DNA of 58,002 nt from Ferroplasma sp. Its GTDB lineage: Archaea; Thermoplasmatota; Thermoplasmata; Thermoplasmatales; Thermoplasmataceae. The stretch covers positions 1 through 58,002 of the forward strand of contig NZ_JBBIRC010000001.1 of the NCBI RefSeq assembly GCF_037442045.1, in the 5' to 3' direction. Shown one piece after another: positions 1-10,197 of this stretch (positions are counted from its first letter, which is position 1; the number at the start of each line of letters is the position of its first letter). Below the pieces are notes generated by a model, which saw only the letters and a program-made list of their open reading frames with translations, made no database searches and had not been told where the DNA came from. Made by a program: the position numbers and the translations under genes.

Positions 1-73
1 TGCAGGTGCCGGGATTTGAACCCGAGTCGAAAGCTTGGAAGGCTTCCGTGCTACCAGGCTACACCACACCTGC
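1..73 (-). tRNA. tRNA-Gly (anticodon TCC)
   Basis: Reverse complement GCAGGTGTGGTGTAGCCTGGTAGCACGGAAGCCTTCCAAGCTTTCGACTCGGGTTCAAATCCCGGCACCTGCA folds as a cloverleaf: acceptor stem GCAGGTG/CACCTGC, anticodon loop CTTCCAA, T-loop GTTCAAATC. No intron. The discriminator A falls at window position 1. Confidence 0.96.
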
Positions 74-147
74 TCAATTCCTGATTACAAATGCATTTAT
101 TTATTTTTCTATTTTTGCTTTATAATTTAGAATGATTATATTTATAA

Positions 148-810
148 TTAATATTCCCCTATAAATTTTATTTCCTTATGTGTTGTAACTCTTGAAGTTT
201 CATTAATGTAAAGGTTATATACTGAATTAACAGGTGGAATGTTGGTAAGATTAAAGTATACGTATCCAGGTAAACTGGTATAATTATATTTTATAGGTGC
301 ACCATTTTCAGATATAGTGATATTTGTAATTTTGTATTTATAGTCTGTTAAATACCGTAATTCATAAGGACCGTGGGTTGATACAAGCTCGTATTCTTTA
401 TTGGTCTCATTTAATTTCTCCCAGTTGCCGTCGTGTAAGTATTCAAGATCTATTACTTCAGGTCCGGCAGCGACATGAAGCGGTGGGTTTAATGCTATTA
501 TCCAGAATACAAACCATGTAACTATAAGTTCAAGGTAAACTAACATTTTATGGGATATCCTCTTTGGCATTACTATTTTGAATAGTTTAACCAGATTTTT
601 TAAGAAGTATATTACTGCTATAATCAAAATTATTGCAAGATACCAGTAACCATAGATTTCTAATTCCCCGGATAAAAGACCGACCAATGCGCCAGTTATG
701 AATATAAGTATTATAGCTTTAGCTCTTTCACGTTCATACAATAAATATTCTCGTTTATCGAACTTTGGTTCCTCGAATAACGGTTCGTCATTTTTCTTAG
801 GATTCACCAT
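148..810 (-). CDS. hypothetical membrane protein (about 3 N-terminal TM helices plus a beta-rich C-terminal domain)
   Basis: 220-aa ORF with hydrophobic segments in the N-terminal half. It lies 4 bp downstream of tpiA on the same strand. Confidence 0.8.
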   Translation of the reverse strand: MVNPKKNDEPLFEEPKFDKREYLLYERERAKAIILIFITGALVGLLSGELEIYGYWYLAIILIIAVIYFLKNLVKLFKIVMPKRISHKMLVYLELIVTWFVFWIIALNPPLHVAAGPEVIDLEYLHDGNWEKLNETNKEYELVSTHGPYELRYLTDYKYKITNITISENGAPIKYNYTSLPGYVYFNLTNIPPVNSVYNLYINETSRVTTHKEIKFIGEY

Positions 811-814
811 GGCT

Positions 815-1465
815 TTACCTGTTATCCGTTAATGAAAACAACATATTTATTGGTTTCGCATTTCTTATTATTCCAGAAGCAATAAGAACACCAGAAGCAC
901 CCAAATCCATGGATATGTCTATATCTTTCCTTGTTTTGACTCCAGCACCAACAAGAAATTTTGTTTTTCCACTGCACAGTTTGGATGCCTGTTCTATTAT
1001 TTCAGGTTTAGATGTGGATACAGATACATTGCCGCCAATAAGTTCCGGTGGCTCGTATGCTATATATGATGGCTCCAGTATTGAATATTTTTTTACTTCA
1101 TCAAGGTTTTCAACGCATAGAACTATTTCAAAATCAAGCGCTTTTGATTTTTTAACGGTTTCTTCTATAACTGAACTTTGTATCCTTCTTTCTGAATGAT
1201 TCAATAGTGAACCATGTATTCCAATGTCCTTTAATGATTCTATGGAAATTGACCCGGTAAATGCACCATAACTGTTAGAATCCACATGCTGTGAAAATAT
1301 TTTCAGGGAAGGGAATGTTTTTTGAAGCCTGAGATCAGTTGCAGCGATGCAGTAATAAAGACCTTTCTGATTATTTATGGTGCCAAACTCTGATAAAAGC
1401 TTTTCAGAATTATATCCGATAGCATTATTATAATGCTTAAAATTTATAAATATTTCTGGTTCCAT
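815..1465 (-). CDS. tpiA: triosephosphate isomerase, archaeal short type
   Basis: NFKHY (catalytic Lys), LNHSE (His), AYEPPELIG (Glu), VGAGVK and GVLIASG motifs; 216 aa. Confidence 0.95.
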   Translation of the reverse strand: MEPEIFINFKHYNNAIGYNSEKLLSEFGTINNQKGLYYCIAATDLRLQKTFPSLKIFSQHVDSNSYGAFTGSISIESLKDIGIHGSLLNHSERRIQSSVIEETVKKSKALDFEIVLCVENLDEVKKYSILEPSYIAYEPPELIGGNVSVSTSKPEIIEQASKLCSGKTKFLVGAGVKTRKDIDISMDLGASGVLIASGIIRNAKPINMLFSLTDNR

Positions 1466-1640
1466 AATTCAATAATACATAGATGCATATAATATTTTAA
1501 TAATTTTAATTTTATAGGCATTCTTCTTTTAGTATTAAATTTAATGAGCCCTCCATGCAGCAACCGTTGCTTTTTTAATATTTAACAAAAATTTCATTTT
1601 TCAATATTATTATAAATACATATATAATAATCAGTAATGC

Positions 1641-1648
1641 TTATATAA
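1641..1648 (+). promoter_or_regulatory. putative TATA box of the trp operon (probably a leaderless transcript starting near ATG 1669)
   Basis: TTATATAA begins 28 nt upstream of ATG 1669, and no Shine-Dalgarno sequence precedes that ATG. Confidence 0.5.
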
Positions 1649-1668
1649 TATGTATTGATGTGGAAAAT

Positions 1669-2922
1669 ATGATAACAACAATAAGCAATGAGATAATACC
1701 CGATAAATGGTATAATGTAGTTCCGGACCTTCCAGAACCGCTTGCACCGCCAAGAGATTCAAAAAGTGATGTTTCATCCATAAATTTGCTTAATAAAATA
1801 TTGCCAAAGGAGGTTTTAAAACAGGAATTTACATTTAGAAGATATGAAAAAATACCTGATGAGGTTATGGAGCAATATGAGCAGATTGGTAGGCCAACTC
1901 CACTGGTAAGAGCAAAAAACCTTGAAAAGGCACTGGATTATCATGGCAAAATATACTATAAATATGAAGGCGCAACAGTTACAGGTTCACATAAAATAAA
2001 TACTGCTATACCACAGGCCTATTATGCCATGAAAGAGGGGGTCAATGGAGTTACAACAGAAACTGGAGCAGGGCAATGGGGATCTGCCACTGCACTTGCA
2101 GCATCATTGTACGGGCTTCCAGCTCAGATCTTCATGGTAAAAATCAGTTTTGAACAGAAACCTTTGAGAAAAACAGTAATGAACCTGTACAATGGAAATG
2201 TAGTTGCCAGCCCTTCAACATTAACAGCTTATGGAAGAAAGATATTAAAAGAAAACCCTGATACGCCGGGAACTTTAGGGATTGGAATCAGTGAAGCAGT
2301 AGAATATGCTCTTGACCATGATTACAGATATATGGTGGCCAGCGTAATGAATGTTGCACTTACACACCAGAGCGTAATAGGGCAGGAAACAAAAAAACAG
2401 CTTGAAATTCTTGGTGAACATGCTGATGTATTGATAGGATGTGTTGGCGGAGGAAGCAACTTCGGGGGTTTTGCATTTCCATTTATTCCTGATGGAGATG
2501 ATACAGAAATTATAGCCACAACAGCACAGGAAGTTCCAAAATTTTCAAAGGGCGATTACAAATACGATTTAATGGACTCTGCTGGAATACTTCCTGAAGT
2601 CAGAATGTATTCTCTTGGTGCTGATTTTGTCCCACCGACGATTTATGCAGGAGGCTTAAGGTACCATGGTGCGTCTCCATCATTATCCCTTCTCATCAGC
2701 AAAGGCAGAATAAAAAGCGATGAAGTTACCGAAACCCAGGTAAAAGAAGCACTGAAATTGTTTGCCAATACACAGGGAATTATAGCTGCTCCTGAATCGG
2801 GACATGCAATTGCAACCATGATCAGTTATGTAAAGGCACATAAAAATGAGAAAAAAACCATAGTTGTGAATGTCAGTGGGCATGGTTATCTTGACCTTTC
2901 AATATTTGGGGAAAAGAAATGA
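1669..2922 (+). CDS. trpB: tryptophan synthase beta chain, type 2 (TrpB2)
   Basis: TrpB2 N-terminal WYN...LPEPL; GSHKINTA (PLP Lys), [33 protein letters not shown]. First gene of the trp operon. Alternative start is GTG 1660. Confidence 0.95.
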   Translation: MITTISNEIIPDKWYNVVPDLPEPLAPPRDSKSDVSSINLLNKILPKEVLKQEFTFRRYEKIPDEVMEQYEQIGRPTPLVRAKNLEKALDYHGKIYYKYEGATVTGSHKINTAIPQAYYAMKEGVNGVTTETGAGQWGSATALAASLYGLPAQIFMVKISFEQKPLRKTVMNLYNGNVVASPSTLTAYGRKILKENPDTPGTLGIGISEAVEYALDHDYRYMVASVMNVALTHQSVIGQETKKQLEILGEHADVLIGCVGGGSNFGGFAFPFIPDGDDTEIIATTAQEVPKFSKGDYKYDLMDSAGILPEVRMYSLGADFVPPTIYAGGLRYHGASPSLSLLISKGRIKSDEVTETQVKEALKLFANTQGIIAAPESGHAIATMISYVKAHKNEKKTIVVNVSGHGYLDLSIFGEKK

Positions 2923-3653
2923 AAAATCTAATACCGTATTTTACTCTTGGCTTTCCAGATAACGAGAAATTAACCCGCTTTCTTGACATAATTCCAGTAG
3001 ACAAAATAAATTATATAGAGTTTGGATTTCCATCAAATGATCCGAGATACGATGGGCCAGTAATAAGAAAAACGCACATGGTCGGAAATAAAAATTTTTC
3101 TGATGAAGTTTATAAAAAATATTTTGAATATTTTCATAAAAACAATATAAAAATGTATTCTTTATCCTATTATTCAGATATAAAAGATCATTTTGATGAA
3201 TTTATTGATTACCTGCAGAAAAGAAATTTTTCTGGCATAATAATTCCTGACCTTATCATAGATTATTTCAGTGAAGGAAAAGAAATAATCAATAAATTAA
3301 CAGATCGAGGTTTTGAGTACATACCATTCTTCTCGCCATCTACGCCTGATTCTATAATAAAAGACATATCTTCTATTACATATTCCTGGATTTACTATGG
3401 CCTGCAGCCATCCACTGGTATAGATATACCATATGAACTGGACTACACCACTGAGAGAATAAATGATCTCCTTCCAGGGAGAGAAATAACCTATGGTTTT
3501 GGGATTAAAACCGATAATGATATTAAAGAGCTTATGAAAAATGGAGGATCGGGCGTTGCTATTGGAACATATCTTGAAAAAATGATCGAGGCAAACGATG
3601 AATCGGGATTTTTAGAGTATATAAATAAAATGAGGGGTGTTCTTGATGAATGA
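2919..3653 (+). CDS. trpA: tryptophan synthase alpha chain
   Basis: [25 protein letters not shown] (catalytic Glu and Asp), IIPDL, GFGI. ATGA overlap with trpB. Confidence 0.93.
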   Translation: MKNLIPYFTLGFPDNEKLTRFLDIIPVDKINYIEFGFPSNDPRYDGPVIRKTHMVGNKNFSDEVYKKYFEYFHKNNIKMYSLSYYSDIKDHFDEFIDYLQKRNFSGIIIPDLIIDYFSEGKEIINKLTDRGFEYIPFFSPSTPDSIIKDISSITYSWIYYGLQPSTGIDIPYELDYTTERINDLLPGREITYGFGIKTDNDIKELMKNGGSGVAIGTYLEKMIEANDESGFLEYINKMRGVLDE

Positions 3654-4617
3654 TATGAATTATACTGCCGTAAAAAGGGATGTTATAAATGCAAGAAATA
3701 CCATGTATGAACTGATTGATAAGCCAGATTCAGATAAAATTGAATTCCTTACAGAGCTCCATAATAGAGGAGAATCGCCGCAGGAAATTGCTGGATTTGC
3801 AATGGCGTTACGGGAAATGTCTAAAATAAATTTAAAGTTGCATGGATTAACAGATATTGTGGGCACCGGCGGGGATGGAAAAAATACTGTAAATGTAAGC
3901 ACCGGAGCCAGCATACTTCTGGCATCAATGGGAATAAAAACCGCAAAGCACGGAAATTTCGGTATTACCGGACATCATGGCAGCGCAGATTTCATGAAAT
4001 ATATGGATTATAATTTTAAAATGAGTGAAAATGAAATACTTGAAAATATTAAAAGGAAAAGGTATGTTTATATTCTGGCCCCAGAATATAACAGCAGTTT
4101 TGCAAAATTTTTATCGGCGCGGAAACAAATAAATTTCAGAACTGTTTTTAATATACTTGGTCCATTGACAAATCCTTTGAATCCTGATAATGTTGTACTT
4201 GGAACGTACAGTGAAGACCTTGCAAATCTATATGCACAGGTTATAATGGAAGAGGGAAAGAAAGGTTTTGTTGTTCATGGTTCAGATGGCATGGATGAAA
4301 TATCGCTTTCCAGTAAAAGTATATTATACAGTGTTGATAAAAAAATTGAAAAGAATATAGTGGATCCTGAAAAAATTACAGGGGGCATTGTAGAAATTGA
4401 GAGAATTTCCACAGAAGATTCTGTTAAAAGTTTTGAATTGCTGCTTTCGGGTTTGTCAGGCAAAAACAGTTATATAAAGAAATTTATTGCGATTAATGCA
4501 GCTCCTGCTGTGATTTTAAATGGGATGGCGAACAGTATTGAGGAGGCATATGATCTTTCCATTAACTATATTGAAAACGGAAAGGCCATTGCAAAATTAA
4601 GGGAGGTGTGCCAATGA
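3646..4617 (+). CDS. trpD: anthranilate phosphoribosyltransferase
   Basis: DIVGTGGDG, NVST, KHGN, GSAD, RTVFNILGPLTNP, GMDE. The ATG at 3646 follows the RBS GAGGGGTG. Confidence 0.95.
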   Translation: MNDMNYTAVKRDVINARNTMYELIDKPDSDKIEFLTELHNRGESPQEIAGFAMALREMSKINLKLHGLTDIVGTGGDGKNTVNVSTGASILLASMGIKTAKHGNFGITGHHGSADFMKYMDYNFKMSENEILENIKRKRYVYILAPEYNSSFAKFLSARKQINFRTVFNILGPLTNPLNPDNVVLGTYSEDLANLYAQVIMEEGKKGFVVHGSDGMDEISLSSKSILYSVDKKIEKNIVDPEKITGGIVEIERISTEDSVKSFELLLSGLSGKNSYIKKFIAINAAPAVILNGMANSIEEAYDLSINYIENGKAIAKLREVCQ

Positions 4618-5210
4618 AAGTGAAAATATGTGGCATTACAAATATTGAGGATGCTGACTACGCTATTAAGCTGGGTGCTGATTTTATAGGAGTAATCCTT
4701 GATCCTAAGGTGATAAGGCATGGGAATCAGAAACTTATAAAAGAAATAAAAATGAAACATCCTGATACTCTGGTCACAGGTGTATATACATCTATGCCCG
4801 AACACAGAGGCTACGAGGATTATATGCAGCTCCATTTCAACCATTCCATTGAAGATGTTTATTTTGCGAAAAAAACATTTCAAAAAAATATTATCTCTGT
4901 TATAGATTTTCATGAAAGCTATATAACTGACAAAATAAAATTGTATTTAAATTCAGGTTCCGATTACGTTCTTTTAGAAGATCGAACAGGCATTACCAAT
5001 AGAAAAAATGAATTGATAAATATTTCTATGGAAAAGGTTGGAATAGCTGGAAAAATAGACAGCAATAATGTATTAAATCTTATGGAAACGGATCCTGACC
5101 TTATAGATGTGAGCAGTTCGCTGGAAGAATACCCGGGAAAAAAATCTTTTAAAAAAATGGATGAATTTTTCAGTAAAATTGGTGAGAAACGTGTTATTAG
5201 ACAAAATTAA
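4614..5210 (+). CDS. trpF: phosphoribosylanthranilate isomerase
   Basis: MKVKICGIT, GADFIG, QLH, DVSSSLE. ATGA overlap with trpD and RBS GGAGGTG. Confidence 0.92.
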   Translation: MKVKICGITNIEDADYAIKLGADFIGVILDPKVIRHGNQKLIKEIKMKHPDTLVTGVYTSMPEHRGYEDYMQLHFNHSIEDVYFAKKTFQKNIISVIDFHESYITDKIKLYLNSGSDYVLLEDRTGITNRKNELINISMEKVGIAGKIDSNNVLNLMETDPDLIDVSSSLEEYPGKKSFKKMDEFFSKIGEKRVIRQN

Positions 5211-6342
5211 AGATCTAAAAAATAAAAACTTCGCTTATTTTTGCAAATTTGATGATACCAGAGTAAATGGAATAGAAAAACTGTATGTTTCCGATCAGGA
5301 ACCGGTGAATGTATACAGCAATGCTATTGACCATATGAATAATGAATTTAACAGAAAGCTTGAAGATGGAATAACTATTCCTTTAATAGTGCCATATGAT
5401 TTTATCGATGATATTTATCTGGATATAAAAATAAAGAGATCGTCATGGCCAGAGCTCTCTTATATAATACCGAATGAGGAATTTAATGGGAAGTATACAA
5501 GGAAGAAAAGCCATTCAACCGTTTTAAATAATGGTATTAAAGATAATGCGCTGGAAGCAAAAATAAGTGATGCAGTTGAACGAATTAAAAAGGGCGATTT
5601 ACTTCAAATAGTACTGTCAAAAAGATTTAACCTTGAAAAATATGATACTTTATCTGCAGTGAAAAGGTTTCTAATAAGCGATAAATCACTTTATGTTTAT
5701 TATTATAAGTTCGGTGACCTGGAAATAGCAGGGAGTTCACCGGAAAACCTTTTATCCATAGAAAATGGCATAATTACCATATATCCAGTTGCAGGAACAA
5801 GAAAAAGGGGTTCTTCTGAAATTGAGGATGCATTTCTTGAAAATGATTTAAAAAATGATGAAAAAGAACTTCTGGAACACAGAATGCTTGTGGACCTCGC
5901 AAGAAATGATATCGGCAGGATCTGCATCCCCGGATCTGTCAGTGTTAAAAATTCCATGGAGATACGGAAATTTGCCAGTGTAATGCATATAGTCAGCACC
6001 GTTTCAGGTGAACTCAAGGATTACATGCCAGGTGATGTTTTAAAATCAGTATTTCCGGCTGGAACAGTAAGCGGTGCACCAAAGAAAAAGGCAATAGCAT
6101 TGATAAATGAATATGAAAGCTCACCAAGAGGAGCTTATGCAGGTGCACTTGGAGTAGTAAGCGAGGGAAGAATGGATTTTGCACTGCTCATACGAAGTTT
6201 ATTCAAAACATCTGAGGAAAATTATACACAGGCTGGAGCAGGAATAGTAAAGGATTCAGTTCCATCAAATGAAATTCAGGAAATTTATTCAAAAATTTTA
6301 ACAGCAACAGGTGATTTATATGAAAAGGATATTAATAATTGA
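5191..6342 (+). CDS. trpE: anthranilate synthase component I (short form)
   Basis: QIVLS, GSSPE, PVAGTRKRG, KELLEHRMLVDLARND, VMHIVS, FPAGTVSGAPK, RGAYAG, QAGAGIV. GTG 5191 follows GGTGA. Confidence 0.93.
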   Translation: MLLDKIKDLKNKNFAYFCKFDDTRVNGIEKLYVSDQEPVNVYSNAIDHMNNEFNRKLEDGITIPLIVPYDFIDDIYLDIKIKRSSWPELSYIIPNEEFNGKYTRKKSHSTVLNNGIKDNALEAKISDAVERIKKGDLLQIVLSKRFNLEKYDTLSAVKRFLISDKSLYVYYYKFGDLEIAGSSPENLLSIENGIITIYPVAGTRKRGSSEIEDAFLENDLKNDEKELLEHRMLVDLARNDIGRICIPGSVSVKNSMEIRKFASVMHIVSTVSGELKDYMPGDVLKSVFPAGTVSGAPKKKAIALINEYESSPRGAYAGALGVVSEGRMDFALLIRSLFKTSEENYTQAGAGIVKDSVPSNEIQEIYSKILTATGDLYEKDINN

Positions 6343-6880
6343 TAATTTCGATTCATTTGTTTACAATATATACCAGTATATTGCTTCATCTGAAGTACAT
6401 GTAGATGTAAAAGCAAATAATGATCTGAATAATGCTGAAGGCTATGATGGGTATATAATATCACCTGGGCCTGGAAATCCAGAAAGGCAGGAAGATCGTG
6501 GGAATTTATATGAATTTATAGATAGAAACAGATCGGCAAAATTCCTTGGAGTATGTTTTGGAAATCAGATCCTTGGCTATTATCTTGGTTCAAGCATAGT
6601 ACTGTCAAAAAGGCTGATGCACGGCCAGCCAGATATTATAGTTCATGGTGATTCTCCTCTATACAGAAATGTGCCTGAGAAGTTTACTGCAATAAGATAC
6701 CATTCTCTTGTTCTTAATGGAACAAAAAATATTGTAGTTGATGCCTACTCACAGAATGATAAAGAGATTATGGGATTCCATTCGAAGGATGGAAATTTAT
6801 TTGGTGTACAGTACCATCCTGAAAGCTATTATTCAGAATATGGCAAAATTATCTTTAAAAATTTTATTGATGCCCTATGA
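6320..6880 (+). CDS. trpG: anthranilate synthase component II (glutamine amidotransferase)
   Basis: IIDNFDSF, SPGPG, GVCFG (Cys), RYHSL, QYHPES (His/Glu). Confidence 0.94.
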   Translation: MKRILIIDNFDSFVYNIYQYIASSEVHVDVKANNDLNNAEGYDGYIISPGPGNPERQEDRGNLYEFIDRNRSAKFLGVCFGNQILGYYLGSSIVLSKRLMHGQPDIIVHGDSPLYRNVPEKFTAIRYHSLVLNGTKNIVVDAYSQNDKEIMGFHSKDGNLFGVQYHPESYYSEYGKIIFKNFIDAL

Positions 6881-7590
6881 TAGTTAACGAAATATACAAA
6901 AATAATGATAAAAGAGAAATTCTCAAATCTAATATGAGAGAGAGGGAAATAATAAGCTTAAAGGAAGCCCTTGCAAAAAATAAAAATGGCCCGGGAATAA
7001 TAGGGGAGTATAAAAGAAAATCTCCATCAGGATTCAGAAATAAATCTAACACTGATATAGTTAAATACTTTGATGCTATAAAGGAAATCATCGCTGGAAT
7101 CAGTATTTTAACGGAGCCTCAATACTTTGGTGGAAACCCGTTAGATGCCATTGCCGTGCAATGCTATAACAAACCAATCCTCATTAAGGATTTCATTTCC
7201 AGTAATGAAATGATCGATTCATCCTATATGGCTGGAGGTGATGCATATCTACTCATATGCGATTTCCTTGATTACGATAAAATTAAAAACATGGTACAAT
7301 ATGGCAAAAAACTTGGAATGGAAGCTCTGGTTGAAGTACATGATAAGAATAGCATTAAAAATATATTTCCAGATGAAAATGTGATCCTGGGATATAACAG
7401 AAGAAACCTGAAAACACTTAAAATGGATGATAACTCTCTGGAACTGTATGACAGGCTCAAATCATATGGATTGCCTCTGGTACTTGAAAGTGGAATAACA
7501 TCAGAAAATATAGGCAGGCTTCACATAGAAAAATATCAGGGCCTGCTTATCGGTTCCTCCCTGCTGTCTGGCGATATAATAAGGTGGTAA
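6877..7590 (+). CDS. trpC: indole-3-glycerol phosphate synthase
   Basis: EYKRKSPS, SILTEP, KDF, LVEVH, GYNRRNL, ESGI, LIGSSL. Confidence 0.94.
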   Translation: MIVNEIYKNNDKREILKSNMREREIISLKEALAKNKNGPGIIGEYKRKSPSGFRNKSNTDIVKYFDAIKEIIAGISILTEPQYFGGNPLDAIAVQCYNKPILIKDFISSNEMIDSSYMAGGDAYLLICDFLDYDKIKNMVQYGKKLGMEALVEVHDKNSIKNIFPDENVILGYNRRNLKTLKMDDNSLELYDRLKSYGLPLVLESGITSENIGRLHIEKYQGLLIGSSLLSGDIIRW

Positions 7591-7591
7591 A

Positions 7592-8374
7592 ATGAGGGAT
7601 ATTAAAATAAATGATGAGATTACTCTTGGAGATAATAAATTCCTGATGATTGCGGGGCCCTGCTCTGTGGAAAGTGAGGAACAGATCATCAGCGTTGCCA
7701 TGGATTTAAGAAAAATTGGTGTTAACGTTCTCAGAGGTGGTGCATTCAAGCCAAGAACATGCCCGGATTCATTCCAGGGTCTTGGAGAAGAGGGATTAAA
7801 ATTACTTTCAAAAGCAAAGGAAGTTACTGGTATGGCAATTATTACTGAGGTTATGGATGGTGATGAGCTCCCACTTGTAGAAAAATATGCAGATATTATT
7901 CAAATTGGTTCGAGGAATTCACAGAATTTTTCCCTTCTAAAGAAAATAAGCAAACAAAATAAGCCCATGCTTTTAAAAAGAGGATTTGGAAATACAGTGG
8001 ATGAATTGATAGGGGCAGCAAAATATTTATCAATGAACGGGAATAAAAATGTTATATTCTCCGAAAGGGGGATAAGGACGTTTGAACATTCAACAAGATT
8101 CACACTGGATATTTCAGCTATTCCGGTGCTACACGAAAGAACAGATTATCCTGTTATAATAGACCCGAGCCATGCGGCTGGATTAAATAGATACGTAGAG
8201 CCACTTGCACTTGGCGGGACTGCGTCCGGCGCTGATGGTCTGATAATAGAAGTGCACCCGGACCCGCCCAGTGCACTCAGCGATTCCGCACAGCAACTTA
8301 CAGTTCCACAATTTAAGGATCTTTATTTAAAAGTACAAAAAATCAACAATATTTTTGGGAAAACTATGGTTTAG
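7592..8374 (+). CDS. aroF: 3-deoxy-7-phosphoheptulonate (DAHP) synthase, class I-beta, catalytic barrel only
   Basis: AGPCSVE, RGGAFKPRT, QIGSRN, LLKRG, ERGIRTFE, DPSH, IEVHPDP, SDSAQQ; 260 aa. Confidence 0.93.
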   Translation: MRDIKINDEITLGDNKFLMIAGPCSVESEEQIISVAMDLRKIGVNVLRGGAFKPRTCPDSFQGLGEEGLKLLSKAKEVTGMAIITEVMDGDELPLVEKYADIIQIGSRNSQNFSLLKKISKQNKPMLLKRGFGNTVDELIGAAKYLSMNGNKNVIFSERGIRTFEHSTRFTLDISAIPVLHERTDYPVIIDPSHAAGLNRYVEPLALGGTASGADGLIIEVHPDPPSALSDSAQQLTVPQFKDLYLKVQKINNIFGKTMV

Positions 8375-8388
8375 GTTATAATTATAAA

Positions 8389-9813
8389 TTATCCTTTCAT
8401 TACTGCAACAGGAATGAGTTTTGCAACTGGCTTTGCTATTTTAGCGCCATATACAACTTTTATTACTTCATCAATATCTTTGTAGCTCTCAGGTGATTCC
8501 TCTATTATTGCTTTTTTTGTTGCGGCACGGAGGTATATGCCCTGTGATTTCAATTCCATTTCAACTCCTTCTGATGTGAATTGCTCATTTGCCCTTTTTC
8601 TGCTTAAAACCCTCCCTGCGCCGTGGCATGAGCTGGAAAAGGTTATTTCTTCATTGCCTGGCAAACCCACCATAACATATGATGGCCCTCCCATATTTCC
8701 AGGTATTATAACTGGATGCCCGGTCACATTGAAATAGCCTTCTAGGGCATGGGCAGGCATGGCCCTTGTAGCCCCTTTCCTGTGAACCATTAACTTTTTT
8801 TTATTGCCATTTACATTATGAGTTTCCACCTTTGCCATATTGTGTGCCAGGCTGTATACGGTTTCTATCCCCATGTTTTCGAATTCTGAGCCAAAGATTT
8901 TCTCAAAGGACTTTCTGATTTTATACGTAATAATCTGCCTGTTTACAAAGCCAAAATTTGCTGCCGCATTCATTGCATTTATATAATCTTCCCCGATTTT
9001 ACTATGTATATATGCCGATATTAGTTGTTTATCATCTTCATTTTTTACGCTATCGCTATCTTCATTCAGGCGCATAAGATAATCAGTAGCCACCTGATGC
9101 CCCAACCCTCTTGAACCGGTATGCACCATTACTGCAAGTTTTTTGCTGCTCATTCCAAATTTCTCTGCTGTACTTTGATCCATTAATGCATCTACTCTAT
9201 CTATTTCCAGGAAATGGTTTCCAGCACCAAGTGTACCAAGCTCATTTTTACCCCTTCTGGCAGCCTTTTCACTTACATTAGATATATTTGAAGGCATTTT
9301 TCCATTTTCCTCTGTTCTTTCCAGATCTTTTTTGGTTGCAAAACCCTTATTATATGCCCATTCAATGCCTGATGCCATTATTTCGTTTTCATCATCTTCA
9401 TTAATCCTGAAACTGGATTTATTGTCTATTCCGGCAGGTACATTTTTATATATTTCATCAAGCAGCAATTTTATTTTGCCTTTTGCTTCAGAATAATCAA
9501 TATCAGTCATTATAAGTGATACACCACAGTTTATATCATACCCAACACCGCCTGGAGAAATTATTCCAGTGTCATAATCAAATGCAGCCACACCTCCTAT
9601 TGGAAATCCATAGCCAAGATGAATATCTGGCATTGCCATGGAGCTTTTAACTATACCAGGCAAAGATGCAACATGCATTACCTGTTTTACTGGTTCATCA
9701 TCTGTAAAATTTGAAAGAAGTTTATCATTGATATAAATTGTTCCTGGAACTTTCATATTCCCGGTAACTGGAATTTCATACTGATATTCGCTGATTTTCT
9801 TAATTGGCAACAT
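8389..9813 (-). CDS. rtcB: RNA 2',3'-cyclic phosphate ligase RtcB (tRNA-splicing ligase)
   Basis: MPDIHLGYGFPIGG, GYDINCG, GNHFLE, HTGSRG, HRKGA, HGAGR. No intein. Likely ATG is 9813; the ORF is open to 9867. Confidence 0.95.
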   Translation of the reverse strand: MLPIKKISEYQYEIPVTGNMKVPGTIYINDKLLSNFTDDEPVKQVMHVASLPGIVKSSMAMPDIHLGYGFPIGGVAAFDYDTGIISPGGVGYDINCGVSLIMTDIDYSEAKGKIKLLLDEIYKNVPAGIDNKSSFRINEDDENEIMASGIEWAYNKGFATKKDLERTEENGKMPSNISNVSEKAARRGKNELGTLGAGNHFLEIDRVDALMDQSTAEKFGMSSKKLAVMVHTGSRGLGHQVATDYLMRLNEDSDSVKNEDDKQLISAYIHSKIGEDYINAMNAAANFGFVNRQIITYKIRKSFEKIFGSEFENMGIETVYSLAHNMAKVETHNVNGNKKKLMVHRKGATRAMPAHALEGYFNVTGHPVIIPGNMGGPSYVMVGLPGNEEITFSSSCHGAGRVLSRKRANEQFTSEGVEMELKSQGIYLRAATKKAIIEESPESYKDIDEVIKVVYGAKIAKPVAKLIPVAVMKG

Positions 9814-9907
9814 TTGTTCTAAATTGCATGGTTGGACATAACTGTTTTCCTGAGAATTTAAATGCAAATAAGAAAAATTAATAAAATAGTTAAGTAATTA
9901 GGGCTAA

Positions 9908-10150
9908 ATGGCAAAAATTTTTAACATTAAAAACTTTGACGAAAGAAAACAGTTCGAGATAAAACTTCAGATTGCACTGCTTAACAACACATTAAAAATT
10001 AAAGCCAATTCTAAAAACCCCGAAAAATATGATGAATATATTCAGGAACGCATTGAAAAAATGCGTGAAATTCTTGATACCACTGCAAAATTCAAAGTAA
10101 TGGATGGGGATAAAACTCTGTATAGTTCAGAAGTTATAGGAGAACTCTGA
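9908..10150 (+). CDS. hypothetical protein, 80 aa
   Basis: ATG-started ORF divergent from rtcB, with typical charged composition; no recognisable motif. Confidence 0.75.
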   Translation: MAKIFNIKNFDERKQFEIKLQIALLNNTLKIKANSKNPEKYDEYIQERIEKMREILDTTAKFKVMDGDKTLYSSEVIGEL

Positions 10151-10197
10151 ATAAATCAATTTAAAAAATAATATATAAGTCCTTGTTATTTGTTATC

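Noticed and set aside
1-73. tRNA-Gly 3' end as an integration (att) site
   Set aside because: The tRNA 3' end coincides with the window edge, so flanking DNA is not visible, and I noticed no duplicate of the 3' end in the window.
1466-1668. Trp attenuator leader peptide
   Set aside because: I found no short Trp-codon-rich ORF, and TATA spacing suggests a leaderless transcript.
8389-9867. Intein in RtcB
   Set aside because: The length is about 475 aa with contiguous catalytic motifs, leaving no room for an insertion.
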